Notes: a model not told the origin generated them from the letters alone. Positions 44,938 to 56,842 are shown, counted from the stretch's first letter. The stretch: DNA of 64,000 nt from an uncultured Acidobacteriota bacterium (GCA_963827655.1 CAWHCF010000043.1:32001-96000), one strand, 5' to 3'. Program-made: numbers and translations.

Positions 44938-45400
44938 CGTCCTACTCTCCGCAGTCCTCGGTCACGCTGTCTTGAAAGTGTTCACCGAGCATGACGTGGC
45001 TGTTGTGTCCCCAAGCAGCGTCGTAGAGGAAGTACGAGATTACCTACCAGAGGTGGGCGAGCAGTACCACATCAGTGTGGAAGACTCCAGAGATACCCCC
45101 CAGGTGTCGGACTTGTTGACCCGCGGAAACATAACTTGCCTCTCGAATCACAGCTTCGACTGCTGGCGATCCGCGAATACGAGCGCGAAGCATATGAAGA
45201 GAAGCTCATCGAGGCGCGGTCACGAATAGGAGCGCGGGATCCTGAACGACATAGACCTTCTCGCCCTGGCGCTGGTTCTTGAAATCCCGGTATGGTCGAA
45301 CGACAGCGATTTCAAGGGAGCCGGCGTCGAATGGTATACGACTGCTCGGTTGTTGAAGGTCCTGGCAAAGCGCCGGGCTGTAGCCGGCAAGGAACCAGGT
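44912..45400 (+). pseudogene. PIN-domain toxin interrupted by an about 55-bp insert and a frameshift; end approximate
   Basis: AADANVLLSA N-terminus; RDP..DIDLLALAL..IPVWSNDSDF C-terminus in other frames. Confidence 0.7.
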
Positions 45401-45430
45401 CTGAGCACGGACCGCAATCCGCAATCGCGC

Positions 45431-47023
45431 TTACCCCTGCACTCGCCTTTCCTTCCCTTCCCAGTATCGCTCGCGCAGGGCGAACTTCTGGGTCTTGCCG
45501 GTCGCGGTCTTCGGCAGGGCTTCCACGAAGTCCACAGCCTTCGGCGCCTTGAAATGCGCCATCCGGCCGCGACAGAAATCGATTACCTCTTGCTCCGTCG
45601 CCGACATGTTGGGCCGGAGGACGACAACTGCCCGCGGCACCTCACCCCACTTGGCATCCGGCACTCCAATCACAGCGACTTCCAGGACGGCGGGATGCTT
45701 GTAAATCACACCTTCGATCTCCACTGACGAAATATTCTCTCCGCCCGAGATAATCACGTCCTTCTTTCGATCGACGATCTCGATGTAACCATCGGGCTGA
45801 ACCACAGCCAGATCGCCGGAGTGAAACCACCCTCCCGCAAAAGCCTTGTCGGTCTCTTCAGGCTGGTTGTAGTAGCCGGTCATGAAGACATGCCCGCGGG
45901 CGCAAATCTCTCCAATGGTTTTGCCGTCGTGGGGAACCTCGACCAGATTCTCATCCAGCACGCGGGTATCGGCGAGGAGCTGGCTGACTCCCTGGCGCGC
46001 CTTGATACGCGATCGTTCAACCGGAGGAAGCTGGTCGAAATCAGTCTTCCATTCGCAGACAGTGAGGAAAGGACCGGTCTCCGTCAGCCCGTAGACGTGG
46101 ATCACCTCAGCGCCTAGCGCTTCCATCCTTTCGAGGACTGCCGCCGGAGGCGGCGCGCCGGCCGTCCCCAGACGAAAGCCGCGCAGACAGCCCGGCGTCG
46201 CCTCTTGAGCGTTCGCGATGCTCACCAGCACCGTAGGGGCCGCACACGCGAATGTGATTCCATGTTGTCTCAACTTCCGGTAAATCTCTGTCGGGTCCAC
46301 TTTGCGGAGGCAAACATGGGTGCCCCCCATTCCCGTCACAGCCCAGATTCCGCCCCATCCATTCGCGTGGAACATGGGAAGCGTATGAAGATAAACATCA
46401 CGATAGGTGACCCCCAGATGAACGGTAAAATCCAGGACGTTACACGCCAGGGCGCGATGGCTAAGCATCACTCCCTTCGGTCTGGCTGTCGTCCCGCTGG
46501 TGTAGTTCAGCGTGCACGTTTCCCGTTCGTCAATCGCGGCGTCCGGCGGATCCCGGTCCGACGCTTGTGCCAGAAGCGGCTCGACGTCGCGGCCCACGAG
46601 CGCAGGACTTATCGGCTGCCCGTCACGAAGGAAGATGATCTCTTTGAGATCGCGAATGTCGCTGCGAATCTGCCGGACGGGCTCGACATATTCCCAGTCC
46701 AGCAAGAGGACCTTGGAACCCGAATGATTCAAAATGTAGCGGAAGTCCTCGGCCGTGAGCCGGTAGTTGAGCGGCACCAGAATTGCGCCGATCTGCGGCA
46801 CGCCGAAAAAGCTCTCGAACATCCAGTGCGTGTTGGGGGAGAGAATCGCAACCCGGTCTCCTTTCTCGACCCCGAGCGACAAGAGGGCATTACTGAGACG
46901 GTTGGCGCGAGACTGCAGCTCCGCATAAGTGAACTGCTTTCCTTCGTCGACCAGCGCAAGTTTTTCGGGGAAATGCCTCGACGCGCGCCGGAGGAAATCG
47001 TTTGGAGTGAGGGTCTGGAACAT
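45431..47023 (-). CDS. Acyl-CoA synthetase / long-chain fatty acid--CoA ligase
   Basis: YTSGTTARPKG, PMFHANGW, YGLTE, FHSGD, LPKTATGK. Confidence 0.95.
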   Translation of the reverse strand: MFQTLTPNDFLRRASRHFPEKLALVDEGKQFTYAELQSRANRLSNALLSLGVEKGDRVAILSPNTHWMFESFFGVPQIGAILVPLNYRLTAEDFRYILNHSGSKVLLLDWEYVEPVRQIRSDIRDLKEIIFLRDGQPISPALVGRDVEPLLAQASDRDPPDAAIDERETCTLNYTSGTTARPKGVMLSHRALACNVLDFTVHLGVTYRDVYLHTLPMFHANGWGGIWAVTGMGGTHVCLRKVDPTEIYRKLRQHGITFACAAPTVLVSIANAQEATPGCLRGFRLGTAGAPPPAAVLERMEALGAEVIHVYGLTETGPFLTVCEWKTDFDQLPPVERSRIKARQGVSQLLADTRVLDENLVEVPHDGKTIGEICARGHVFMTGYYNQPEETDKAFAGGWFHSGDLAVVQPDGYIEIVDRKKDVIISGGENISSVEIEGVIYKHPAVLEVAVIGVPDAKWGEVPRAVVVLRPNMSATEQEVIDFCRGRMAHFKAPKAVDFVEALPKTATGKTQKFALRERYWEGKERRVQG

Positions 47024-47159
47024 GGTGACGCCCTTTCAGGCAGACACGAAGCTGCTTGTGCCTGCGACAAAACTTGAACTATCGAGATTGATTGCATAAA
47101 ACCGCAAACATTTTCCATATCACAAAGACGCACCAGGACTCAAAGGGATTGGAATCGAC

Positions 47160-48089
47160 ATGAAGCAAATTCCTGAACACCGTCAGATAACGCGTGAGCA
47201 AGTGATCGACTTCATGCGCACACTTTCCAACTGGGGCAGATGGGGGACGGAGGATCAGCTGGGTTGTCTTAATTACATCACGACGGAAAGACGGCGCGCG
47301 GCCGCCGCCCTGGTGCGGGAGGGCGTGACGGTTTCGGCTTCTCGCGCGCTTCCCACCGAGGCGGCCCCGGACAATCCACATCCGGTAAAGCACCTGATGA
47401 CGTCGACGGGGCTCGACAGGCAATCGATCGCTTCGGGAGACTACTTTGGATTGAGCCCTCATGGATACGCAACCACCCACCTGGATGCGCTGTGCCACGT
47501 GTTCTACAAAGATGCGATGTATAACGGTCACTCGCGAGAGCTGGTAACGCCCGCGGGGGCTGAATTCAACTCGATCGATGCGCTCCGAGGCGGCATCTTT
47601 GCGCGCGGCGTGCTACTGGATATTGCGCGAACAAAACAGCGAGCCTGGCTCGAGCCGGGAGAGGCTATCATTCCCGACGATCTCGAAGAGAGCGAGAACT
47701 TCGAAGCGGTACGGGTTCAAAGCGGCGATTTTCTACTGATACGCACCGGAAGATTCGCCTATCGCGAAAAGCATGGTCCGTGGAATGCGGAGGAGCGGCT
47801 CGCGGGACTTCATGCCTCTTGCCTCCCCTGGGTTCACCAAAGGCAGATCGCCGCCCTTGGATGCGACGGCGTCAGCGACGTCATACCAAGTCAGGTACCG
47901 AGGATTCGCCTCCCGATTCACCTCGTGGGAATCGTGGCGATGGGTCTCCACCTGCTCGACAATGCCGACCTGGAAGCGCTGGCGGAAGTTTGCGGCCGAT
48001 ACCGGCGTTGGGAGTTCCTGCTGGTAGTAGCTCCTCTCGTTCTAATGAAGGGAACGGCGTCTCCGGTCAACCCTGTGGCTATTTTTTGA
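47160..48089 (+). CDS. Cyclase family metal-dependent hydrolase (kynurenine formamidase-like)
   Basis: NWGRWG..DQLG.LN, HG...THLDALCH, RGVLLD, ASPVNP. Confidence 0.9.
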   Translation: MKQIPEHRQITREQVIDFMRTLSNWGRWGTEDQLGCLNYITTERRRAAAALVREGVTVSASRALPTEAAPDNPHPVKHLMTSTGLDRQSIASGDYFGLSPHGYATTHLDALCHVFYKDAMYNGHSRELVTPAGAEFNSIDALRGGIFARGVLLDIARTKQRAWLEPGEAIIPDDLEESENFEAVRVQSGDFLLIRTGRFAYREKHGPWNAEERLAGLHASCLPWVHQRQIAALGCDGVSDVIPSQVPRIRLPIHLVGIVAMGLHLLDNADLEALAEVCGRYRRWEFLLVVAPLVLMKGTASPVNPVAIF

Positions 48090-48140
48090 AGGCCGGACGA
48101 ACAAAAACCAACCACGAAGACTCAAAGGCACGAAGAAACG

Positions 48141-49382
48141 CTAGCTCCAGTAGGTCTCGCCCTGAGCGAGGTGCGCCTTCACCACGTCAGGGTTGAGTTC
48201 GATTCCCAGACCGGGCTTCTTGGTGATTTCGATATACCCATCCTTGATGATGGGCCCGTCGTGCAGGATGACATCGTCCATCCAGTCCCCCTTGCCCAGG
48301 ACGGTCTCACACAGGAGGAAATCCCGAATGGAGCCGGCCCACTGGACCGTCGACACTGTGGCCACGATACTCCCCGTATTGTGCGTGGCCATGGGTAAGG
48401 CGAAGATCTCGGCCAGATCGGCGATCCGCTTCGTCTCCAGGAAGCCTCCGGTATTCCGCAGATCGGGATGCAGGATGTCGCAGGCATGGTTGATTATGAA
48501 GTCCTTGAACCCCTGTCTTCTCGAAAGGTTCTCACCCATGCAAATGGGCACCCGCGAACTTTCGACCAGCCGGCGCCAGCTATCCGAGTAGTCCACCGGC
48601 ATGGGGTCCTCGAGCCAGAACGGACGCATCGGCTCGATGGCCTCCGCAATCTGGATGGACGTTCGCAGGTCGTATTCCCAGTGGCAGTGGACCATGATGT
48701 CGTGATCCCAGCCAAGGGCCTCGCGGCAGTTCTCGAATCCCTTGCGAATCTGGGATAGCTCCGTGGTTGTCAGGATGCGGTTGGATTGATCGCGCGCCTT
48801 GTCGACCTTGGGATCCGAACGACGGAAGCCGAACTTGTGGCAGGTAAAGCCGCTCCGATCCGCCTTGACGCGCTGGGCCCATTCCCGGCAGGAAGCAGGG
48901 TCGAGCATGTCTCGCGGCGCCGCATGATCGTACATGCGCACGCGCTCGCGAAACTTACCACCCAGAAGTGTCGTGGACGGAACTCCCAGAATCTTTCCCG
49001 CCAGATCCCAGAGGGCGATCTCGATCCCGCTGACGGCGCGCATCAGCGAGTGAGCCGAACCGTCGGTGCGCGTGCCCAGCCCGGTGTAGATTGCGTCGAT
49101 CTCCAGCGGATCTTTTCCCACCAGGTCCGGTTTCAGGGCGAGAACCTGCTCCTTGACCCCCACACCCGGACTCCCGTAGGCTTCGCCGATGCCGTAGAGC
49201 CCCGCGTCGGTCTCAACTTTTACGAAGGTGTAGGTCCGTGGACCCTGCAGCATCATGACCTTGATGTCGCGAATCTTGACGTGCTTCTTCTCCGAGGAGG
49301 CCAGCGAATGATATCGAGAAAGGAGTGATACCGAGGCGAGAGCCGGTATCGATTGCAGCATTTTTCGTCGAGTGATAAGCAT
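48141..49382 (-). CDS. Mandelate racemase/muconate lactonizing (enolase superfamily) dehydratase with Tat-like signal
   Basis: TRRKML signal, GIEIALWDLAGK, WLEDP, MGEN, KPGLGIEL. Confidence 0.9.
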   Translation of the reverse strand: MLITRRKMLQSIPALASVSLLSRYHSLASSEKKHVKIRDIKVMMLQGPRTYTFVKVETDAGLYGIGEAYGSPGVGVKEQVLALKPDLVGKDPLEIDAIYTGLGTRTDGSAHSLMRAVSGIEIALWDLAGKILGVPSTTLLGGKFRERVRMYDHAAPRDMLDPASCREWAQRVKADRSGFTCHKFGFRRSDPKVDKARDQSNRILTTTELSQIRKGFENCREALGWDHDIMVHCHWEYDLRTSIQIAEAIEPMRPFWLEDPMPVDYSDSWRRLVESSRVPICMGENLSRRQGFKDFIINHACDILHPDLRNTGGFLETKRIADLAEIFALPMATHNTGSIVATVSTVQWAGSIRDFLLCETVLGKGDWMDDVILHDGPIIKDGYIEITKKPGLGIELNPDVVKAHLAQGETYWS

Positions 49383-49415
49383 GGAATCACCTCTTCCCGC
49401 GAAGACGCGAACAGG

Positions 49416-52400
49416 TTAGAAAGTAAGCCGCAGCGCGAACTGCATCTGTCGCGGCAGGCTGACCGTGCTTCGTATCTTGCCAAAATCCGGGCTTTCGAGG
49501 ATCGTGTTCGGGTCCGCGAGGGTCGGCGTATTGGTCAGGTTGAATGTCTCCCAGCGGAACTGCAGGTTGACACGCTCCGTGATCGGAAACGATTTCATCA
49601 ACCCGAAATCGATGTTGAACGGGCCATCGCCATTCAGAATCGCGCGCCCTGCATTTCCCAGCCGGAAAGTACCGTCCGGGTTGCGCGGCAGCACGAATGC
49701 CGAGGTGTCAAACCACTGATCGGCCGTCCGGTGATCGAGCGTGCCGTCTGAAACCCGGTCAGGAAACCACGCGCCGACCCGGGTTGCGCCCAGGCGCTGG
49801 CGCGAGTTGGGAACGGTGAGCGTGAAATAGTGCCCGGTCTGGGCCGAGATAATACCCGAGACCTGCCATCCGCCGAACAACTGGTTCATCCAGCCCTTCT
49901 GGTTCATCAACGCACGGCCATTGCCAAACGGCAATTCGTAAAGCGCGGCCGCGACCACGCGATGCCGGTAGTCGAAATCCGAGTTTCCCCGGCTTCCTTC
50001 GAAGTTGTCGAAGTCCTGAAGCCCTCCGCCACCGGAGCCGAACTGCTCGGTCACGTTGTCGAGCGAGTGGCTCCAGGTATAGGCGCCGGACAAGGAAAAG
50101 CCCTGGGAAAATCTGCGCTCGACCTGCGCGTCCAGGCCATGATAGTTCGCATGGCCGAAGGGCGTTCGAAGCGTAATATTGTTCCACTGCGGGATCGGCC
50201 GGCGCTGTCGCTCTGTCGCCAAGGGACCCGGAAGCGATCCGTTCCAGTTATAGGCACCCAGAATGTAGCTGGAAGCCGAGCCGACGTAAGCGACCGTCAA
50301 CGACAGATCACGCCGAATCTCCTGCTGTACGGCGAAGTTCCACTGGTAGACCGTCGGCGCGGGGAGGTTCTCCTCCCACACAATCCAGTTCAGGTTTTCA
50401 GGAGGCGTCGTGGTGCTTCCGAGAAAATCGGCCGGCAAGCCGTCTGCAAGTTGGAGCGGGGGTCTCGAGGCCGTGGACTGCGCGGTAACGCTGCGATTGA
50501 AGGGAAAGTTGTTGATCATGCGGCCGTCGGCTCCGAGCGAGCCCTGGCCGCCGTAAAATACCCGAAGCCGGCGCGCACGACGGTCCGCTGCGCAAGCTGG
50601 TATCCGAAACCGACTCGAGGCGCCCAGTTATTTGTGTCCGTGTTGACCAGCGCCCGGCAAGACCAGGAGTTTCCGCAATAGGCCGCGGGACGAATGGTGT
50701 TGAATTCAGAGCCCGGCGCCAGAACCAGGACATTCATGTTGTCGTGCTGATCGAACCACGGACTCGTGAGCTCGTAACGCAGCCCGAGGTTCAACGTCAG
50801 CCGCGGCGTCACCTTCCAGTCATCGAGCGCGTAGAACATGTAGTTGTTGAAGCGCATGTTGCCCGTCAGGGTGCTGGTCAGAGCAACGGTAGCCGGCCAG
50901 CCCAGCAGAAAATCGGCGAAGCTTACGCGGGTAAACTGCCCGTCGAAGTTGAAGTTTCCATGCGAACTGTTGCCGCCGAAGATATCCGAGCGGTTCCAGC
51001 GGAGATCCGCGCCGAACTTGAGATTGTGCTTGCCACGATTCCACGACACGTTGTCCAGGAATTGATGAACCTCGTGGACCTTGAAGTTTGGCATCGAACC
51101 CGGCTCGCCCAGTCCCTGATAGGTATAAGTCCCTGCGAACCCGAACAGAGGCAACCCGAACAGCTTCTCGTTCCCGGGAATTCCCTTGATTCCGTAGACG
51201 GATGTCAGATCGGTCAGCAACTCGTCCGTCAGTTCCCTCTTATCCACCTTCTGCCGTATGAAACCGTAGCGGAACTCATTCAGCAGCGCCGAGCTGAAGA
51301 TCCGGGTATAGGCCAGGGCCACGCTGCGCGCATCGTTGTCATCGAAGGCCCGGTCGTTGTTCTGTCCGCCGCGCGCCGGCTGCTCGAAGACCGAGTCGCG
51401 CAGATTGTCAAACCGCGAAAGGCTGAACCGCGCGAACATCGTGTCTTTGGCAGTGAAATTGTGGTCAACGCGCGCGTCAACCTGGTCGCGCGTGGTGTTC
51501 CACGGCGGATTGCGGATGAAGTTGTCGCGCGTGCCCGAACCGGCAAAATTCGGCTCCGGCCACAGCTCGAGAAGCTTGAGCGCAGTGGCGTCGAAGCGCG
51601 CCCGAGGAATCTGGTTGCCGGGAAAATCCTGCCCCGTGAGGGGATCACGGATGCTCACGCCGAACTGCCCGTTCCGCTCGGCTGCAGTCGGGACGGTTGC
51701 CAGATCGGACTGACCTCGTCTTTCTTGCCGCCCCTCCCAGCTTGCGAAGAAGAAGGTCTTGTCGCGCCGGATCGGGCCGCCGAAGGTCACGCCGTACTGA
51801 TTCTGCCGGAGGACTTCGGGATCGGCCTTCCCGTCGCGGTCGCGGTCGACGTAGTTGAATGTGTCGCGGGCGTCGAAGACATCATTGCGGATGTATTCCC
51901 ACGCAGTTCCGCTGAATCGGTTGGTTCCCGATTTGACGTTCACGATCATCACGGCACCCGAGTTGCGTCCGAACTCCGCCGAGAAGTTACTGGTCTGGAC
52001 CTTGAACTCAGCCACTGCGTCGAGCGCCGGGACCACAACCTGCATCTTGCGGTCCTGCATGCCCATCACGTTGTTGTTGTTGTCGATGCCATCGATGATG
52101 AAGCTGTTCTGGGTCATGGGCTGGCCATGCGCGTTGAAGCCGCTTTCGCGGTCGCGGCTGAGGACCGCCGGCATCACGCCGGCGGTCAACCACGCCAGTT
52201 GCTGGAAATTTCTGCCGTTCAGAGGGAGCTCACGAATTTCGCGCTCGGGTAATACATGGGAGAGCGACGACGTCTCGGATTCGAGCAGGGGCGCTTCCGT
52301 CGTGACCGTAACCGTGTCGGCGACCTGGCCCAGCTCGAGCCGCATGTCGGCCCGCACGCGATCCTGGGCATGCAGCGCGATCCCTTTCCAGACGGCCTTT

Positions 52401-52651
52401 TTGAATCCGGCGCTTTCGACGTTGATATCGTACGTGCCAATACGCAAGGGACCGACCGTGTAGGCCCCCGTATCGGATGTCTCGGTCATCCGGGTCTCGT
52501 TCGTATCACGATTGACTACAACGACCCTTGCGCCCGGAACGGCAGCGCCGGAAACGTCCGTGATCACGCCGGTGATCACACCCATGTCCTGCTGCCCCAG
52601 AGCAACTCCCGTGGTCAGCAGAAACCCAAGAACTGTCGCAAGCTTCCTCAT
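49416..52651 (-). CDS. TonB-dependent receptor, frameshift about 50555
   Basis: LPLNGRNF, SAEFGRNSG, KSGTN, NNWAPRVG, C-terminal PRQMQFALRLTF; AGGAGG RBS. Confidence 0.9.
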
Positions 52652-52799
52652 GTGCCTCCTCCTGATCAGGATGGAATTCCGGGAAATCGATATGGATGCC
52701 ATTGTACGTCAGAAACGTTCCGGATCTTCGCGTTTCTTTTGCATGTTTGTGGGCGACAGCGGTTTACGCGCGGACCGGTAGTTGATAACATTAGGCTCT

Positions 52800-54042
52800 G
52801 TGAAACGCGCAATCCTGCTGGTGGCTCTGACGCTTTCTTTCGTTACCCTCCCCTCCCCTGCCGAACAGACCCGCAAGTATGTCTGCCTTATCGATCCGCA
52901 AGTCAGCAGCGAAGAACCCGGGACCTGCGCCGTCTGCGGTTATGAGCTGATCGCCGCAGACCTGGCGGCGTCCGGGTATATTGCGTTTACTTGCGCGGAG
53001 CACCGCGAGATCCAGCAGTCGATTCCCGGAAAATGCCCGAAGTGCGGCCGGAAACTCGGCATGGAGGATCTGCGCGCGAAGCCGAAACTAACCTACGTAT
53101 GCCCGATGCACCCGGCGGTAACCTCGTTTTTTGCGGGCAAATGTCCCCGTTGCGCCATGGAGCTTGTCCGGGAAGACCTGCTAAAGAAGAAGTCGGCCGC
53201 TTATCGGTGCCCGATGGATCCGGCCGTGGTTTCAGGCAAGCCAGCGAAGTGTTCCAAGTGCGGTATGAATCTCGTGGCTGTCGACGATTCGGAGTTGCTT
53301 CGTTTCCCGATGGAAATCACGACGCGGCCGAAATCATTCCGATCGGGCGAAAAGGTAAGACTGCAGTTCAAGATCACCAATCCGGTTACGAAGGAGCCGG
53401 TGAAGGAGTTCGATGTCGTCCACGAGAAGCTCTTTCATCTTTTCGTTATCAGCCAGGACCTGGAGTTCTTCGATCACATCCATCCCGAGCGGCGCGAAGA
53501 CGGCAGCTTTGTTATTGACACCACTTTTCCGCGACCGGCGCATTACCGGCTTTACGCCGATTTTCTTCCCACCGGAGGCACACCCCAGCTGGTTCAGAAG
53601 AGCCTGATTACTTCTGATTGCGAAAGCGACCTGTTTTCTTCGCAGGCCCGGCTGACACCGGACATCACTCCGAAGACAGTGAATGGCACCACGGTGACGC
53701 TGAAGACGGATCCGTCAACCTTCATCGCCGGGCCGCGAGGCCACGCTGCTCTATCGTTTGACGGACGAAAAAACCGGAGATGGCGTTACGGACCTCCGTC
53801 CTTATCTCGGGGCCTGGGGTCACACGTTCATTATCAACGACGACGGTTCCGAATCCATCCACAGCCATCCTGCCGATGAGCTTCCGGGACCGGCGGATCT
53901 AGAGAAGGCGCGAAATCAGCCGGAAATCTCGTTTCAGGCGTTCTTCCCCAAACCGGGTCTGTACCGGGTGTGGTCGCAGTTTCTGCGAAGAGATCAGGTG
54001 TCGACTTACGTCTTCACGATCGAGGTCCACCGCCTGCGGTGA
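52800..54042 (+). CDS. Secreted heavy-metal-binding protein with four CPMH-type (HMBD) repeats and His-rich C-terminal domains; frameshift about 53735
   Basis: CLIDP..CAVC, CAEH..CPKC, CPMHP..CPRC, CPMDP..CSKC; VHEKLFH, FDHIHP, PYLGAWGH, IHSHP. Confidence 0.85.
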
Positions 54043-54225
54043 GAACAAGACCCAACCTCTAAGACGCGAAGACTCGAAGAAACGCTAGGAACTTTGTCCC
54101 CGTTAAGATGGCTTCGCGCTTCTTAGGCGCTTAGCGAAACGTTCAAACCAACATGTTGTTGTTCAGAAGGGGCCTTCGTTCCGGGCGAAGCCCGAACGAA
54201 CCTTAGTGTCTTCGAGTCTTCGTGG

Positions 54226-55525
54226 TTAGTGCGGCGTTGGTAATTCGTCCTTCAGGATGTAGGTGAGGTAGGCGGCACACATTTCATCCCTGGTTGATTC
54301 GCCCCAGCGGACAGGTGCAGGCGGCTGGTTGGGATTGCGGGAATTACGGTCAGAATTATCGTAATAAGCGGTAACTTCAACCCGAGTACCCGCGGGAAGT
54401 GCCACAGGCCTCTTGAAGATATAACTCGACTGCCATTTGAAATCGTAGTTGCGGACCCAGACCAGAGTCTCGCGCGTTCCGTCAGGACGGATAGCCGCCA
54501 CCTCAATCGATTTCCCCAGTAGATTCATGTGCGGCAAGGACAGAGATCGCTTCAGCGTCCTGGCTGAACGTGTAGGTAGCCTTGACCCTGAACGACGGGT
54601 CGCCCGGCGGGATTTCAAACCTGGTATTCACGACAGCGACGCTGCGGAGTTTCTTTTCCACGGCGCCCTTCGCGAAGTAGAGCCCAACCCGGGTCAGGTC
54701 CCGCGTCTCATCTCGGGACTGCCGATAGTGAACCTGCATCACCAACCGGGCTCCACGGGGTAGAAGCTGTGCGATACCCGATGGAAGAGCGATGCCATTC
54801 TGTCCGGGGACCCAACCTCCCAGGTTGGCCGAGGGCTGGAACCCGGGTCCTCCAAAGCAACCGTATCCCGGCTTCTCATCCGCCATGTCGAGCCGATCCG
54901 ACTTTCCAGTCCGGTCGATCCAGATAAGCGCTCGCTGCACGACGCTGCCATCGCCGGGCCGGAGATCGATCGCCTTTATCCAGCGGTCTCGCGCAGAAGG
55001 ATTCTGAAGGACAAAACATCGGCAATCATCGTTTTCACCTGCATCGAAGCCGTAAGGCTCCGAGGGCTTCAGGATCAGGTCGGGAGTTCCAAACCGCCAC
55101 TCCTGGTCAAAATCGGGAAGCGGTGCAAGATCCTTGTCATCCCCCTTGGGCGCCCCTCCATCAACCCAGGCGGTGATAAGATCAATCTCGCGGCCCGCCA
55201 GGCTGGGGTCGTTAGTGAATTCGCCATACCCGGCCACCGCGTGCCAGGGTGGCATCCTGCGCTCCAGCACTTCCTCTTTGATCGCCTTCGCCCAGGGCCG
55301 AGCTTCCTGATACGTAGTGAGAGGCATAGGACCAAGTCCTCCCGGGCGATGGCAACTGATGCAGCTCTTCGACAGAATCCGCACGATCTCCTTGTTGAAT
55401 GTGATCTTGGTGGTAATCACTTCGTGCGCATTGCCGCGCCAGGTGACCGGCAGAGCCGCCGCGATCACGAGAACTGAGACGGAGACCACGGCCACTCGCC
55501 GGAGAAGATGTCGACTTTCTTCCAT
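54226..55525 (-). CDS. Cytochrome c-fused copper monooxygenase homolog, copy 3 (divergent ligands); frameshift about 54537
   Basis: CISCH, RPWAKAIKE, MPPW, QVHY, PHMN, YDFKWQ, DEMC. Confidence 0.78.
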
Positions 55526-55595
55526 AGCTGTGCTACGAAACAAATACCACCAGGACACGAAGACAAGAAACGCCAAGAAAGATTATACCCGTGAA

Positions 55596-56327
55596 TCAAC
55601 GGAATCCGAGCTTCTGAGAGAGCCGGTCCATGCGCTCCACCAGATTCTGCGCTTCCTTCCTGGGTACATCCAGGGAGCCCCGATGCACGAGCCTACCTAG
55701 TTCCCGGTGCAGCGTCCTGGCATGCTGGGCATCGCCGGCAGCCAGCGATTTTTCGAAGCGGCTCTTCAACGCAATCGAAAGACGGTCGTCTGCCTGCAAG
55801 AGAGCGCGAAAATCAGCCGGCAGCGCGGGAAGGTATTCCAGGCCGTGGCACGAGGCGCAGTAGTCGGCGAGACTGAAGAGCTGCGGTGGATTTCCGACGT
55901 CGTGCGCGCCGTGACAATCGACACAGTTCACAACCGCTTTTGCACCACGTATTCTGGCGTGGCCGCTCCCGGCATACAGAGTCTGTTGATCCGCATGGCA
56001 GCGCCCGCAGAAACTCGCAACTTCCGAGGACCCGGGAGGTCGATCAAGACGCGCGTGGGCGGTTTCGAGCGTGAGCGCCTCGGGATTGCCGCCGTGGCAG
56101 CCGGAGCAACCGACCGAAGCGATCGTATGGACGCTGGTTCTTGCGCGGGTTACCGGTTTGGACCAACGCTCGGGCAGGCGCGCGTGACAGCTTACGCAAT
56201 TCGAGGTCTTACGCTGGGCTCCGGCCCCTGCGGCCGAAGCATCCATCAGGAGCGAAGAGGACAGCAAAGCGGCGATTCCCAGCCAGAGCAGGGCACTCCC
56301 TGGATCCGAAGACTTCGGTGGGATCAC
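55596..56327 (-). CDS. Pentaheme c-type cytochrome
   Basis: CVSCH, CSGCH, CGRCH, CVDCH, CASCH; TM/signal; GTGA overlap with upstream gene. Confidence 0.82.
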   Translation of the reverse strand: MIPPKSSDPGSALLWLGIAALLSSSLLMDASAAGAGAQRKTSNCVSCHARLPERWSKPVTRARTSVHTIASVGCSGCHGGNPEALTLETAHARLDRPPGSSEVASFCGRCHADQQTLYAGSGHARIRGAKAVVNCVDCHGAHDVGNPPQLFSLADYCASCHGLEYLPALPADFRALLQADDRLSIALKSRFEKSLAAGDAQHARTLHRELGRLVHRGSLDVPRKEAQNLVERMDRLSQKLGFR

Positions 56328-56842
56328 TTCTTCTGCAATGACGCCGCGGCGGGAGGTTGAGGTGGCATGCTGGTATTGAAGATGTCTGCTGTTGCCTTCC
56401 ACTTTGCATCCGGTTGACGGCGCCAGGCCACCAGGTATTTTCCTCGGTCCGTGATGGTCTCGCCTTGAGGCGGTTTTATCGTCATGCTGTAGCGTCCTAC
56501 TTCGTAGGCCAGGTCGGCGCTCTGCTCGACGCGGTCGGTGATCAAGGAAATCTCTTGCACGCCCGACTTGAGAAGACCCGTCCAGAGGGCTTCGATTTGA
56601 TTTTTTCCTGAAACGGCATCCTGGTTTGGGGGAAGAACGATGGCATCATCCGAATAGTAGTCGCGCACCAGTTGCGCCCCATTCCCGGCTCGCACCGCCG
56701 CCATGAACGCACTATTGGCCTCCTGGATCGCTTCCTTGGTACGGGCCAGCTCTTGCCCAGCCAGTTCCGCTCTCTGGGCCGTCGATTCCCCGCAGCCGGT
56801 CAGGAACGCGAGTACCCCAAGTCCGATCAAGAGTAGTCTCAT
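56324..56842 (-). CDS. SnoaL/NTF2-like (DUF4440/YybH) lipoprotein
   Basis: LTGC lipobox, YSDDA, AYEVGRY, GKYLVAWRRQPD..WK. Confidence 0.85.
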   Translation of the reverse strand: MRLLLIGLGVLAFLTGCGESTAQRAELAGQELARTKEAIQEANSAFMAAVRAGNGAQLVRDYYSDDAIVLPPNQDAVSGKNQIEALWTGLLKSGVQEISLITDRVEQSADLAYEVGRYSMTIKPPQGETITDRGKYLVAWRRQPDAKWKATADIFNTSMPPQPPAAASLQKK

